57,070 nucleotides of DNA from a virus (IMGVR_UViG_3300006919_008385:1-57070), one strand, 5' to 3'. Positions 46,515 through 56,388 are shown, numbered from the stretch's first letter. The notes: generated by a model from the letters alone, not told the origin. Made by a program: numbers and translations.

Positions 46515-47509
46515 TGCCTTTCGTTAGTTCAACATCAGGATCACTATCAGCAGGACGTAGATCAACTGCTTTCTTAGAATACAACAACGGCCCAATATGT
46601 AATGTCAGTGGCGACGGCAGTGACTTCTTTAAACGTGATGTTACCGTTAACGGTGTGAGAATAATGGGTGCCGGCGGTGTCGGTGGCCAAACAGCAGTAC
46701 CAGATGCGTGGTTAGAAAAAGTTGCTCGTATGTTTGAATTGTTTATGGATCGAAAAGGCACAGGCATAAATCAAACAAAACAGAGAAGAATGGTTAAAAC
46801 ATTACGAGGTGATACAGGAACCTATCACGCAGGATTACCTACACTACAAAGAGTAGCCAGAGGTGCCGGCTCAGACTACAGTACAAATTTCTTAACTGAC
46901 TCGGGCATTACGTTTTGGAATCTGACAGACTTGTTTGATAATACCGTTCAAAACGATATGGTGTGGTATTTAAATTCAACAGGCGATGGATATGGCGATG
47001 GCGATGCAGATGCACAAGAAGTCATTGAACACGTCTTCCACACAATTCATATGCACGGTTTACCTGCAGACGATATTAAATTATACAATTACTTGGCAAG
47101 TGATTGGGCCAGCGGTGATTTGTATGCGGCAATGGAAGAAGCATACGATGACGGCTATTGGGATTCATCAGGCTATGGTGGAAATACTTGGAAAACCGAT
47201 TCAGACGCATTTGAAGTAGCCGCAAAAGAATATTTGTTCTTGCTTAACTTCTGTATGTTTGACTACTCCAGTTTGTGGGACGGTGGAAGCCTTTCTCCGG
47301 AATGGAGTGATTCAATGCGTACACCATCAGGCATTCAAACAAATAATCCATTAGGTTATGCATTTTTTAACACATGGATGGCACCAGTTATCAGTAAGCC
47401 ATCGCTTACTACTATCAGAAGCATATTCCAGGATGGCAATACACCAGAACAAGATGATCCTAGTCTATCAGGTTCATCAGGTTATGTTTCCCTAGGAGTA
47501 TGTCCTTAA
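46514..47509 (+). CDS. hypothetical protein, possible zincin-like metal site
   Basis: EVIEHVFHTIHMHG and downstream EY. Confidence 0.55.
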   Translation: MPFVSSTSGSLSAGRRSTAFLEYNNGPICNVSGDGSDFFKRDVTVNGVRIMGAGGVGGQTAVPDAWLEKVARMFELFMDRKGTGINQTKQRRMVKTLRGDTGTYHAGLPTLQRVARGAGSDYSTNFLTDSGITFWNLTDLFDNTVQNDMVWYLNSTGDGYGDGDADAQEVIEHVFHTIHMHGLPADDIKLYNYLASDWASGDLYAAMEEAYDDGYWDSSGYGGNTWKTDSDAFEVAAKEYLFLLNFCMFDYSSLWDGGSLSPEWSDSMRTPSGIQTNNPLGYAFFNTWMAPVISKPSLTTIRSIFQDGNTPEQDDPSLSGSSGYVSLGVCP

Positions 47510-47539
47510 TAAATATAATATATAAAATAGGAGAATATT

Positions 47540-47695
47540 ATGGACTTTATAAAAGCAAGACTAAAAGAAAGAACCAGTTGGGACGGTGGTGTCCTAATTG
47601 TTGGCGGTATCTTAATGATACTTACCCCTGTAAATCTTATTGCATATGGCATGATTGCCTACGGTGCATGGACTATCTGGAAAAAAGAGGACTAA
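47540..47695 (+). CDS. 51-aa 2-TM holin-like protein (not in ORF track)
   Basis: MDFIKARLKERTSWDGGVLIVGGILMILTPVNLIAYGMIAYGAWTIWKKED; AGGAG RBS; immediately upstream of lysozyme. Confidence 0.65.
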   Translation: MDFIKARLKERTSWDGGVLIVGGILMILTPVNLIAYGMIAYGAWTIWKKED

Positions 47696-47698
47696 TAT

Positions 47699-48166
47699 AT
47701 GTTTTTTGGAAAAGATAAAGGATTAAATCGCGAATCAGTTTATGAACAATTAAAAATCGACGAAGGTGTGGTGTATGAAGTTTACCATGATCACTTAGGC
47801 CTTCCTACATTTGGTGTTGGACATTTAGTTTTGGAATCTGACCCTGAATACGGTAAACCTTTGGGTACTCCAGTTGATGAAGACAGAGTTAAAGACTGTT
47901 TTGAAAAAGACCTGGATACTGCTATTTCCGAATGCAAAATTTTATATACACAATTTGAAGATTGGCCTGGGGAAGTTCAAGAGATTCTTGTGAACATGAT
48001 GTTCAACATGGGACGAACCAGGCTCTCAGGTTTTAAAAATTTCAAGAAGGCATTAGAAGCCCAAGATTGGAAAAAAGCAGGCATTGAGGGCCGAGATAGC
48101 AAATGGTACAGACAAGTGACAAATCGAGCAGAGAGACTGATGTCGAGACTCGAGAACGTAAAATAG
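47699..48166 (+). CDS. T4-type lysozyme (GH24)
   Basis: LKIDEG...YHDHLGLPTFGVGHL, NMMFNMG, SKWYRQVTNRAERL. Confidence 0.92.
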   Translation: MFFGKDKGLNRESVYEQLKIDEGVVYEVYHDHLGLPTFGVGHLVLESDPEYGKPLGTPVDEDRVKDCFEKDLDTAISECKILYTQFEDWPGEVQEILVNMMFNMGRTRLSGFKNFKKALEAQDWKKAGIEGRDSKWYRQVTNRAERLMSRLENVK

Positions 48167-48313
48167 ATCTCGCCTTATACAAACTAAAACACCCTATATA
48201 CAGGGCAAAATTCTGGTGCAGTGAACGAAAAGATTTTTTTAATTATATTGATTGGTTATACAAGTAAAAACATGTTTTTAACTAAATAATCACATAATAA
48301 TTAGGAGACACAC

Positions 48314-48523
48314 ATGCCAGTAAAATTTAAACCAAGCCAAATAACTATGGTTAAAGGCCAAGGTAAAGTAACAAATCATTTTTATATAAAAAATACACCT
48401 AAAGAAGAGTTAATAGAATATATTAACAAAGGTCAAAAACCTAAAGTTAAACAAAAATGTTTAAATGAACTCACAAGACGTGGTATAGAAATTGTTTGGA
48501 AGAAAAAAGAACTAGATATCTAA
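48314..48523 (+). CDS. small basic hypothetical protein
   Basis: AGGAG RBS, TAAATA upstream. Confidence 0.65.
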   Translation: MPVKFKPSQITMVKGQGKVTNHFYIKNTPKEELIEYINKGQKPKVKQKCLNELTRRGIEIVWKKKELDI

Positions 48524-48540
48524 ATTTGATAAATAGTTAT

Positions 48541-50256
48541 ATGAAATTAAATAACTTTTTTGAAAACATTAATACTAAAACTGGTTCAGGGTTTCAAGAG
48601 CCTAGTGAGTCAGGTTGTTTAGGCAAACAAATCAAAAAAGGCAAAGCCAAAAAATCAGAATCTAAATTAAACGAATATAAGTATTACATAGTCAAAGGCC
48701 CTAAAGGGTTTAAGGAAAAAATACTTGCCTCTCACGAAAATGATGCTAAAACCAAAGCAAGACACTTAGCATACCGTCAGGGTAAAGCAAGTGCTGGTGC
48801 TAGTAGGTTCAGTGGTACATCAGACAGTGACTTTGAGATTGTGGAAAGTATAATGGTAGAAGCCATCAGTGTAAGTGATGATATGATTGGTTCTCCAGAC
48901 AACTTTTATGATGCTGAAGAAAGACAAGAAGCACACGATGAATTACTTGATGCGTTAGACGATTGTCGTGCTAGTCACGAAAAATCAGATGTTATGCAAG
49001 GCGTATGTCCTAATTGTTCAGGCACAGGATATCAAGATGCCGAATACCCAGAATATGACGATGATGGCGAAGAGATAGAAGACTCTGCTTTCGAATGTGA
49101 TGGTTGGGGAATGTACGGATGTGACGAAGGTGAAATGGTTGGTGCTAGTTGGGTAGATATTATTAGACACGACGAGCGTAAAGCAGAAAAACAGAAGTCG
49201 CAAGACAATTATCCTGGTGATGAAGCAGTAATTGATCAGATCTCTAGAGCTGTTAAACAAATGGACGATCCCAGACAAATGTATCAGTATATGAAAGCAG
49301 ATTATCCATTTATGGGTGTTGCTCAAAGAAGTGATCTAATTGCTAAAGGTATGAAAAAAGCAGGACTTACAAGTGAGAGCATAAACGAAGGCGAAGAAAG
49401 AAGTATTATCGCTAATGGTTGTGTTGAAAAACTACTAGATATGTTTTTAAATAGTGAAGACGAATTTGAAAGCATAGATGCTTTGGAAACTGCTATTTAT
49501 AATGCATTAGAAAGATTAGATGTTGAAGATTGTGTAAACTCAAATATGGTACACGGTGGTCAACGTATAGGCGACTTTGCTAGTGGCAGTGTATTAGATG
49601 TTATAGATAGCAGTAGTGTTATAGATGATGTTATGGCACAATTAGACACATCACAAATAGAAGCAAAAGATGGTGTTGTTGAAGATAAAGATAAAGACAG
49701 TAATGAAGCAATGGTTTCCAAAATGCTTGCCAAAGCATTGGGAGATGAAAATCGTTGGTCAGAAATGACACCACATGAACTTTATGCTGAATTAGAAAGT
49801 GAAAAACCAGAAATTGCTGATGTAATTAAACTAACTGCCAAGATGATTTATGATGTAAGACTTGCAGAAAATACTAAAGATCCAGGCTTTGGTGGTACTA
49901 AGTCATACGAAGAAATTACATTAGATGAAGATCAAGACTTTACAGAAGAGTTTGGTATATTAGGCTACAGCATAGACGAAGAAAATACATTTGAAGCAGA
50001 ATATCAAGGTCGTAAAGTAAAACTAAACAAGCCTATGCGTGGTGATGTTAAAAAGTTTAAAGTGTATGTAAAAGATCCTAAAACAGGAAATGTTAAAAAA
50101 GTAAACTTTGGGCATGGCGGAACATCAGCAAAACGTAAAACAATGCGTATCAGAAAGAGCAATCCTAAAGCCAGAAAGAGTTTCAGAGCAAGACATAATT
50201 GCGATAATCCAGGACCAAAGACAAAAGCACGTTATTGGTCTTGCCGAAAGTGGTAG
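48541..50256 (+). CDS. probable head-internal protein, acidic with basic C-terminal module
   Basis: Leaderless start MKLNNFFE after GATAAATA; CPNCSGTG; AEYQGRKVKLNKP...RKSFRARHNC...YWSC. Confidence 0.7.
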   Translation: MKLNNFFENINTKTGSGFQEPSESGCLGKQIKKGKAKKSESKLNEYKYYIVKGPKGFKEKILASHENDAKTKARHLAYRQGKASAGASRFSGTSDSDFEIVESIMVEAISVSDDMIGSPDNFYDAEERQEAHDELLDALDDCRASHEKSDVMQGVCPNCSGTGYQDAEYPEYDDDGEEIEDSAFECDGWGMYGCDEGEMVGASWVDIIRHDERKAEKQKSQDNYPGDEAVIDQISRAVKQMDDPRQMYQYMKADYPFMGVAQRSDLIAKGMKKAGLTSESINEGEERSIIANGCVEKLLDMFLNSEDEFESIDALETAIYNALERLDVEDCVNSNMVHGGQRIGDFASGSVLDVIDSSSVIDDVMAQLDTSQIEAKDGVVEDKDKDSNEAMVSKMLAKALGDENRWSEMTPHELYAELESEKPEIADVIKLTAKMIYDVRLAENTKDPGFGGTKSYEEITLDEDQDFTEEFGILGYSIDEENTFEAEYQGRKVKLNKPMRGDVKKFKVYVKDPKTGNVKKVNFGHGGTSAKRKTMRIRKSNPKARKSFRARHNCDNPGPKTKARYWSCRKW

Positions 50257-50287
50257 TCATCACAACATAAATTAAATAAGTATATGT

Positions 50288-50983
50288 ATGAAAATTTTAA
50301 TTGTTGGCTCAATGCGAACTGGAGGTCACTATCTTGGAAAAAGACTATCTAAAAAGCATAACTTATACTATTTAGGTGAGATATTAAATACTTTTACTCA
50401 TAATAAATTACTTAAAAATGGTTCCTTAGATGATGTAGAAACTAAAATTTGGCTTGATATTTATTTTAATAAATTTAATACTAAAATCTGCCTAGAGGAT
50501 ACATATTTAGAAAAATTAAATCATTATATTTTTAGTGAGCTGGTTGCAGAATTTTGGTTAAAAGTTTTAGAAAGACAAGAAAACTATGTAATTAAAATTA
50601 TAGCAGACTCATTACATATAAATGAATCTGCAAGTATTAGTTTTTTATGTAAATATGCAAAACTTGTAGATAAAATTTACTATACTCAAAGACTAAATTT
50701 AATGGATCAAGTAGTTAGTTTAAGTGTTGCAAGAAAAAGTGGCGACTGGATGGAAAACCGTGACACATTTGATAAACAATTATCTGATGATGAATTAACT
50801 AATGCATACGAACTTTTAATAAAACAATATAGAATATTAAATAACTTATATTCACAATATCCTGGAGAAGTTATTACATTAGAAAAACAGTTAGAACAAA
50901 AACCATATCCTAATAAATTTATATATAAGGGCGATTGGGTATTGCCTAAAAAATTTCCATTAATAAATGAACAAACATATTAA
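50288..50983 (+). CDS. sulfotransferase-like P-loop protein
   Basis: GSMRTGGHY, GE, R.NLMDQVVSL (Stf0-like). Confidence 0.65.
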   Translation: MKILIVGSMRTGGHYLGKRLSKKHNLYYLGEILNTFTHNKLLKNGSLDDVETKIWLDIYFNKFNTKICLEDTYLEKLNHYIFSELVAEFWLKVLERQENYVIKIIADSLHINESASISFLCKYAKLVDKIYYTQRLNLMDQVVSLSVARKSGDWMENRDTFDKQLSDDELTNAYELLIKQYRILNNLYSQYPGEVITLEKQLEQKPYPNKFIYKGDWVLPKKFPLINEQTY

Positions 50984-51515
50984 AAAAATAGATAAAATTG
51001 AATCTAATCTGTTATGGGAACCTATTGATAAATTTCTATCATTTTATAATTTATGGGAAGAACACCAATTAAGTATAACAAATACTGATGGTAGTAATGA
51101 TTGGCAATGCAGTATAGGTAAAAAAGCAAAATTAAAATACAGCGAAAGAATGTACTCTGAGGTATTAGAGTTTTTTAAAGGTTCTACAGTTGAAGATGTA
51201 ATTAAAAAGTATAATAAGTTTTATAGATGGCGTTTAATGAAAGTAGAACCACGATCAACGTATACTATACACAAAGATAGCGATACAGATAGCCTATTAA
51301 ACATACGATTGCATATACCATTAAAAACAAATAAGCAAAGTTATCTTACGTTTTTTGATGATAACGATTGTAATGGTTCAACGTTTTATCATTTACAGGC
51401 AGATAATGTTTATGAATTAAACACATCAGGTTATCATACAGCAATAAATTTTGGTTTAGAACCCAGATGGCATCTAGTAGGAGTCAAATATGAAAATAGC
51501 AATTACTGGTCATAG
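50967..51515 (+). CDS. Asp/Asn beta-hydroxylase-like 2OG-Fe(II) oxygenase
   Basis: RWRLM...IHKD...RLHIPL.TN...HTAIN...RWHL. Confidence 0.75.
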   Translation: MNKHIKKIDKIESNLLWEPIDKFLSFYNLWEEHQLSITNTDGSNDWQCSIGKKAKLKYSERMYSEVLEFFKGSTVEDVIKKYNKFYRWRLMKVEPRSTYTIHKDSDTDSLLNIRLHIPLKTNKQSYLTFFDDNDCNGSTFYHLQADNVYELNTSGYHTAINFGLEPRWHLVGVKYENSNYWS

Positions 51516-52041
51516 TAAAGGAATAGGCAAAGCAATATTTAATTATTGCGTTGACAAAGGCCATACCTGTGTTGGTTACAGTAGATCTAACGGATTTAAT
51601 ATAAACGATCATTATAATCTAATTGCTAGGGAAAGCAAAAAGTGTGACGTATTTATAAACAATGCTTTTGATTTTGGCGGCCAAATTAATATGTTTAAAT
51701 CTATATTTAATATATGGAAAGATAACAGTGAAAAAACTATAGTAAATATAGGCAGTAGAACAAAATACTATCCTGTTGGTGGTACAAGAAGTCCAGACTA
51801 TACTCGCGAAAAACGTGCATTAAACGACGAAGTAAACAGAGCACTTCTATATAGCGATAAAAAATGTAGAATTATTAACATTAATCCAGGTTACGTTGAA
51901 ACTGAAATGATATCAGATATACCTGATATAGAAAATAAAAATAAACTCACAGCAGATGAATGTGCTAAGAATATTATGTGGGCAGTAGATCAGCCACAAC
52001 ATATAGAGATTGGAGAATTAAGTATATGGACTCCATTCTGA
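51490..52041 (+). CDS. short-chain dehydrogenase/reductase
   Basis: TGHSKGIG, FINNA, NIGS, YTREK, NPGYVET. Confidence 0.85.
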   Translation: MKIAITGHSKGIGKAIFNYCVDKGHTCVGYSRSNGFNINDHYNLIARESKKCDVFINNAFDFGGQINMFKSIFNIWKDNSEKTIVNIGSRTKYYPVGGTRSPDYTREKRALNDEVNRALLYSDKKCRIININPGYVETEMISDIPDIENKNKLTADECAKNIMWAVDQPQHIEIGELSIWTPF

Positions 52042-52053
52042 TAAATAGTACAT

Positions 52054-54342
52054 ATGAAGAAGGTTATTATATATCCAGGACGTTTCCAGCCTATGCTGGC
52101 TCATCATGCCACAGTTTTTAACAAACTTGTAGCAGATAATCCTGATGCTGATGTTTATATAACCTCATCAGACAAAACAGAACCTGGTAAATCACCATTT
52201 AACTTCAAAGAAAAACAACTGATTGCAACCGCTCAGGGTGTAGACCCAAACAGAATGTTACAGGTAAGACGTAATTATCACCCTGATGATTTAGCACCTT
52301 ACATAGAAGACCCAGATAATACAGCAGTTTTCTTTGCTGTGGGTGAAAAAGATATGGAAAATGACCCCAGATTTAAGTTTAATAACATGGATAAGAAAAC
52401 TGGGCTAAGTATTAAACCAAACGGTGATCCATATTACTTTCAGAAGATAAATACATATAGAACAAATCCAAAATCCATGATGGACAGAGGATACATACAG
52501 GTCGTTGGAACAGAACGAGACGACGAAAAAAACGAAATATTGAGTGCTAGTGCATTCAGAAAACAGTTTTTAGACGCATCTGATAAAGAGAGTGCTAAAA
52601 AAGTATTTAACAGATACTTCAAACAATATAACGAATCTGTTTTTGAATTAGTTTATAAAAATATAGTAGGTGAAAAAATGAACGAAGATTTAAACACAAT
52701 TTTAAAATTAGCAGGATTAGATATCCGCGAAGATGCTCCAGTAGAGTTTGATACTCCTTTAAGTATTAAGGATATTAAATTTGCTCCAGTCACAAAAAGC
52801 TCAGCAACGATGAGTATAGCAAACAGATTCCCAGAAGGATCAGATGCAAATGACCCTGAAGTTAAAAAAGAACAATTTGTCCAAGCATTACTTAAATCTC
52901 CTGCAAACCTACTAGCAGAAATTAATGAAAGAATAATGCCAGACGAAAATGGGCTATCAATAAGTGAAAAATTAAACAAATTGATAGACAAAATGCCTGA
53001 AAATGGTTTAGCAGGAATGAAGGATGAGGACAAACAATTTACCTTAAAACTTGTTAAAAAGGCTATATCAGATATGGATTTAGAAGCAGGTGATGATAGT
53101 AAATATGAACCTGAAGAAGATGATTTTGAAAAAGAAAGTTTAGACTTATCAGATATAAAATCAGACTACGGCGTTGAAGAAGGAACTAAAAAAGGTCCTA
53201 AAGGCATGATTGTATATGATAATGGCGAACCTCTAAGTTTATCAGATTGGAGACATGAAAATAAAAAAGAAGGTGGCGATACTTGGAAAGACGAAGAAGC
53301 AAGTGAACATGCATATAGAAAATATCTTAAAACACTAGGCGAAAAAGAAATTGCAGAAGGCGGTAATGCTTTTGATATAGCAATGACTGATGCTGAACAA
53401 GGTATAATGGATTGTGATGATGAAAAAGAATGCTTGGAACTTTTAAATGGCATGAAAACAAATATCACAGACGATGCTGATGAAATGATGGCCGATGATG
53501 TTATTCAAAGTTACATAGAGATGATTGAAAAATTTGGTTTAGAAAAAATGAAAGCCAAAATAGATTCAGAAACTAATGCTCCAGAGCCTGCAGATGAAAT
53601 GAGTGAAGCAGAAGCAGAGCAAGATCCTAAAGATCCAAGAGATGCCGAAACTGGAATCACTGGTATGCTAGATCCTGAAGATGAAGAAGATGCTAAAGTA
53701 GACCAATCTGTTTATAACAGAATGAGACAAGACATTGGTGGTAAAGATGCCGCATCAATTATGCAAAAAGCATTAGATACTGCCGCAGGTGATAGCAATA
53801 TGGCTCCTTACTTACAAAAAGTAATGCAACCTTTAATGACTAAAGTTAAAGACATGATGAGCCATAGAAAATATGCAGATAAACTTCATCAAATTATGGT
53901 ACAATTTGATAATGAAATGGGACAACAAAATCCTGTAATGGCATCTAAAGAGTATGATGAAAGTTTTGACATTGATGCAGAACAAAGTCGTGAAGAAGAG
54001 GCATACAATGAATTAATGGATGCTTATGCAAAAGGTGGCGAAGAAGCATACGCAGAAGCATGTGGTTTATCAATGGAAGAACTTGATCAAGAAATGAGTG
54101 AGATTAGCAGAGACCTAAACTTGCACATGGATGATGACAGAGATGAAATACTTCAAAGACATGCTGAAGATACCGTAGACAATGCAGATTGGAAAGACCA
54201 TGGTGAACCTGAAGTAGACGAAGATATTCAAAGAATGCGAGACCTAGCAGGTATTAAAGAAAAAGAACAAACAGAGCCTTGCCCTAAGTGTGGAAAGGAA
54301 AGAATAGTGCTTAAAGCATGTTCAGGATGTGGATGTAGTTAA
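52054..54342 (+). CDS. N-terminal nucleotidyltransferase-like domain plus long acidic region (probable virion protein)
   Basis: YPGRFQP, SPFNFKEK, AVGEKD, SASAFR; leaderless after GATAAATA; two LAG motifs. Confidence 0.7.
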   Translation: MKKVIIYPGRFQPMLAHHATVFNKLVADNPDADVYITSSDKTEPGKSPFNFKEKQLIATAQGVDPNRMLQVRRNYHPDDLAPYIEDPDNTAVFFAVGEKDMENDPRFKFNNMDKKTGLSIKPNGDPYYFQKINTYRTNPKSMMDRGYIQVVGTERDDEKNEILSASAFRKQFLDASDKESAKKVFNRYFKQYNESVFELVYKNIVGEKMNEDLNTILKLAGLDIREDAPVEFDTPLSIKDIKFAPVTKSSATMSIANRFPEGSDANDPEVKKEQFVQALLKSPANLLAEINERIMPDENGLSISEKLNKLIDKMPENGLAGMKDEDKQFTLKLVKKAISDMDLEAGDDSKYEPEEDDFEKESLDLSDIKSDYGVEEGTKKGPKGMIVYDNGEPLSLSDWRHENKKEGGDTWKDEEASEHAYRKYLKTLGEKEIAEGGNAFDIAMTDAEQGIMDCDDEKECLELLNGMKTNITDDADEMMADDVIQSYIEMIEKFGLEKMKAKIDSETNAPEPADEMSEAEAEQDPKDPRDAETGITGMLDPEDEEDAKVDQSVYNRMRQDIGGKDAASIMQKALDTAAGDSNMAPYLQKVMQPLMTKVKDMMSHRKYADKLHQIMVQFDNEMGQQNPVMASKEYDESFDIDAEQSREEEAYNELMDAYAKGGEEAYAEACGLSMEELDQEMSEISRDLNLHMDDDRDEILQRHAEDTVDNADWKDHGEPEVDEDIQRMRDLAGIKEKEQTEPCPKCGKERIVLKACSGCGCS

Positions 54343-54343
54343 G

Positions 54344-54718
54344 ATGAACGAAATAGCAAGATTACAACAATTAGCAGGTATAGTATCAGAAGGTGACGGT
54401 GAGCCTGGAGTAGATTACAGATCAGACACCGGTGAAGGCGAAACTAAAAAAGTTGCTGTTGGTCATATAGATAACGAAAGAGGCATGATATCTAAAGAAT
54501 TATACCTTATTGGTAAAAATGCTATAGAACTTCACAAAATGTTAAAAGACTTGCCTGACTCAGATTTCCCACACTGGTGGCAAGCCAAAGTGGTTAAAGC
54601 TCATGAGTATTTGGAAGGTGCTAAAAATTATCTAGAAGCAGAACTTAAAGAACCTGAATCAGATCCTATTCCAAGTGACGACATGATGTCAAATGACGAC
54701 CCTAGTGGCGTTAGTTAA
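54344..54718 (+). CDS. probable head-internal protein
   Basis: Likely start MNEIARLQQLAGI; PHWWQAKV...YL. Confidence 0.65.
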   Translation: MNEIARLQQLAGIVSEGDGEPGVDYRSDTGEGETKKVAVGHIDNERGMISKELYLIGKNAIELHKMLKDLPDSDFPHWWQAKVVKAHEYLEGAKNYLEAELKEPESDPIPSDDMMSNDDPSGVS

Positions 54719-55559
54719 TATCTTTTACTAACTCTGCACCCATTTCAGGCCAAAACCTACCAGCTCTAGGACCACCATTACCTTTTCCGTCAGACTCACC
54801 TGGTATCTTTACCCATAAAAAGGCATCGCATTTAGGCTCTCCTGTATCGCAACTAGGAACTTTACCTACATGTCTACCAGGAGGATTGCACCAGTCATTA
54901 CCATGTGGACCATTGCCATTACGGCTGGTGTCTATAATAAAATGCCAGTCTTCGTTGTATTCACACACCTTTAAAGCCCATTTCATGCTCTCTTCTGTGC
55001 TTCTGTAATTACTTACATTAACACTAAACCCTCTTATACCTGCGTTAGATACACTAGAAATTAGCTCTGATGCTTGTTCTGGACTAAGCCAATTACTGTG
55101 ACCTATGTCTACATATACATAAGCATCACTCTCTTCTGCCATAATATCTAGTCCTGCCTTAATAAGATTTACACGATACTCAGCATCTTTTTTATCCATT
55201 AAAGTAGTATGTGGTAATGCATCTGGTTCAAATATAACTATTGGTTTATGCCCTTTAATACCAGCACAAAACTCTTGTAAGAACAATAAGTATTCAGTTG
55301 CGTCAGAGGCTCCTCCTTTGCTGTAATGCCCTAAGTCTCTGTTAGGTAAGTTGTATATTACAAAGTAAGGTAGTTTGGGTGCTGTACGATTAAATAGTCT
55401 TTTTAGGCTTTTTTTTAATTTTGCGTAGGCATTTTTATTACGTTTAGCACCATACCAAAATGCTACAGGTTGTTCAAATATTTTGGCTACTTCTGGGTGG
55501 GTAAGTCTGTGATCTTTAACTCTGTCAAAATCATTTACCCAAAAAGGATAATCAAGCAT
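54711..55559 (-). CDS. glycoside hydrolase family 6 (endoglucanase-like)
   Basis: YNLPNRD, EPDAL, YVDIGHSNWL, RGFSVNVSNY, IDTSRNG, WCNPPG, DAFLWVKIPGESDG. Confidence 0.92.
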   Translation of the reverse strand: MLDYPFWVNDFDRVKDHRLTHPEVAKIFEQPVAFWYGAKRNKNAYAKLKKSLKRLFNRTAPKLPYFVIYNLPNRDLGHYSKGGASDATEYLLFLQEFCAGIKGHKPIVIFEPDALPHTTLMDKKDAEYRVNLIKAGLDIMAEESDAYVYVDIGHSNWLSPEQASELISSVSNAGIRGFSVNVSNYRSTEESMKWALKVCEYNEDWHFIIDTSRNGNGPHGNDWCNPPGRHVGKVPSCDTGEPKCDAFLWVKIPGESDGKGNGGPRAGRFWPEMGAELVKDIN

Positions 55560-56142
55560 TTTTAATTTGTCTTTCTAATTTCTTAAAAAACTTCTCTCTC
55601 TTTTTAAATGCTCTTTGTAATTTTAAATCGCTCACTTTGTCTATAAATAAATCACCATATAAATGATCAAATTCATGTTGGAAACATCTGGCATCTCTGC
55701 CGTCCATCCAGGTCTCCACCTGTGTTTCACCATCTGATTTATAATATTTCACTTTGATTTTTTCTGGTCTGATTACATCTAAATATAACATAGGGAAACT
55801 TAAACAACCTTCTTCATATCTACAAGTTTCTTCACTGTACTCTAATATCTCAGGCCTATATACACCTATGTCTCCTAAATGCTCATGATTCATAACAAAC
55901 ATATTATAACTGTAACCTATCTGTGGAGCGGCTAAACCTATACCAAACTTATCATGCATCAGTTGTAGCATTTCTTTTTCCTTTTCTTGCCAATCTATAT
56001 CTGTTCCAAAAGGATCAATATTTGCTCTAGTATGAAGTGCTTGATGTTTGGGCTCTACTAACTCGCATACCCATTCTTCTGTGAGTGATGTAGTAATTAC
56101 ATCAGTTGTCATGTAGTTATTATAAGGATTATAAGTACTCAT
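55552..56142 (-). CDS. def: peptide deformylase
   Basis: GIGLAAPQIG, EGCLS, QHEFDHL; start uncertain (56142 or 56112). Confidence 0.93.
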   Translation of the reverse strand: MSTYNPYNNYMTTDVITTSLTEEWVCELVEPKHQALHTRANIDPFGTDIDWQEKEKEMLQLMHDKFGIGLAAPQIGYSYNMFVMNHEHLGDIGVYRPEILEYSEETCRYEEGCLSFPMLYLDVIRPEKIKVKYYKSDGETQVETWMDGRDARCFQHEFDHLYGDLFIDKVSDLKLQRAFKKREKFFKKLERQIKNA

Positions 56143-56160
56143 ATCTATATTTATCAAGTT

Positions 56161-56184
56161 CTCCGCAGTATTTCTACTGCGGAG
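56161..56184. terminator. perfect GAAA-capped hairpin
   Basis: CTCCGCAGTA-GAAA-TACTGCGGAG on minus strand; no U-tract. Confidence 0.5.
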
Positions 56185-56232
56185 TGATTGGGTATTGAAG
56201 TATTAGGAGAACAACATGCCCAATTTAAACTT

Positions 56233-56388
56233 TTATCTACCTTGTCCTCTATATTTCTTATGTGACCTTTTTTTGTGCTTGTTCATTGTAGATAAAGAAA
56301 TCTTTGTGCTTCTTCCTCTACCGCCTTGTCCAGTAGAACTAGCCTTTCTTGTTGGTGTTATTGTTGTTTTATTATATATTTTTGCCAT
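56233..56388 (-). CDS. 51-aa basic phage protein ending YRGQGR (not in ORF track)
   Basis: MAKIYNKTTITPTRKASSTGQGGRGRSTKISLSTMNKHKKRSHKKYRGQGR. Confidence 0.7.
   Translation of the reverse strand: MAKIYNKTTITPTRKASSTGQGGRGRSTKISLSTMNKHKKRSHKKYRGQGR

Noticed and set aside
47500-47718. 72-aa Cys/Trp-rich ORF in track
   Set aside because: Alternative frame of the better-supported 47540..47695 gene with strong SD.
48190-48240. CAGGGCAAAA...GAACGAAAAG resembling a c-di-GMP-I riboswitch
   Set aside because: No GNRA-capped P2, no P3 or receptor helix; resemblance too partial.
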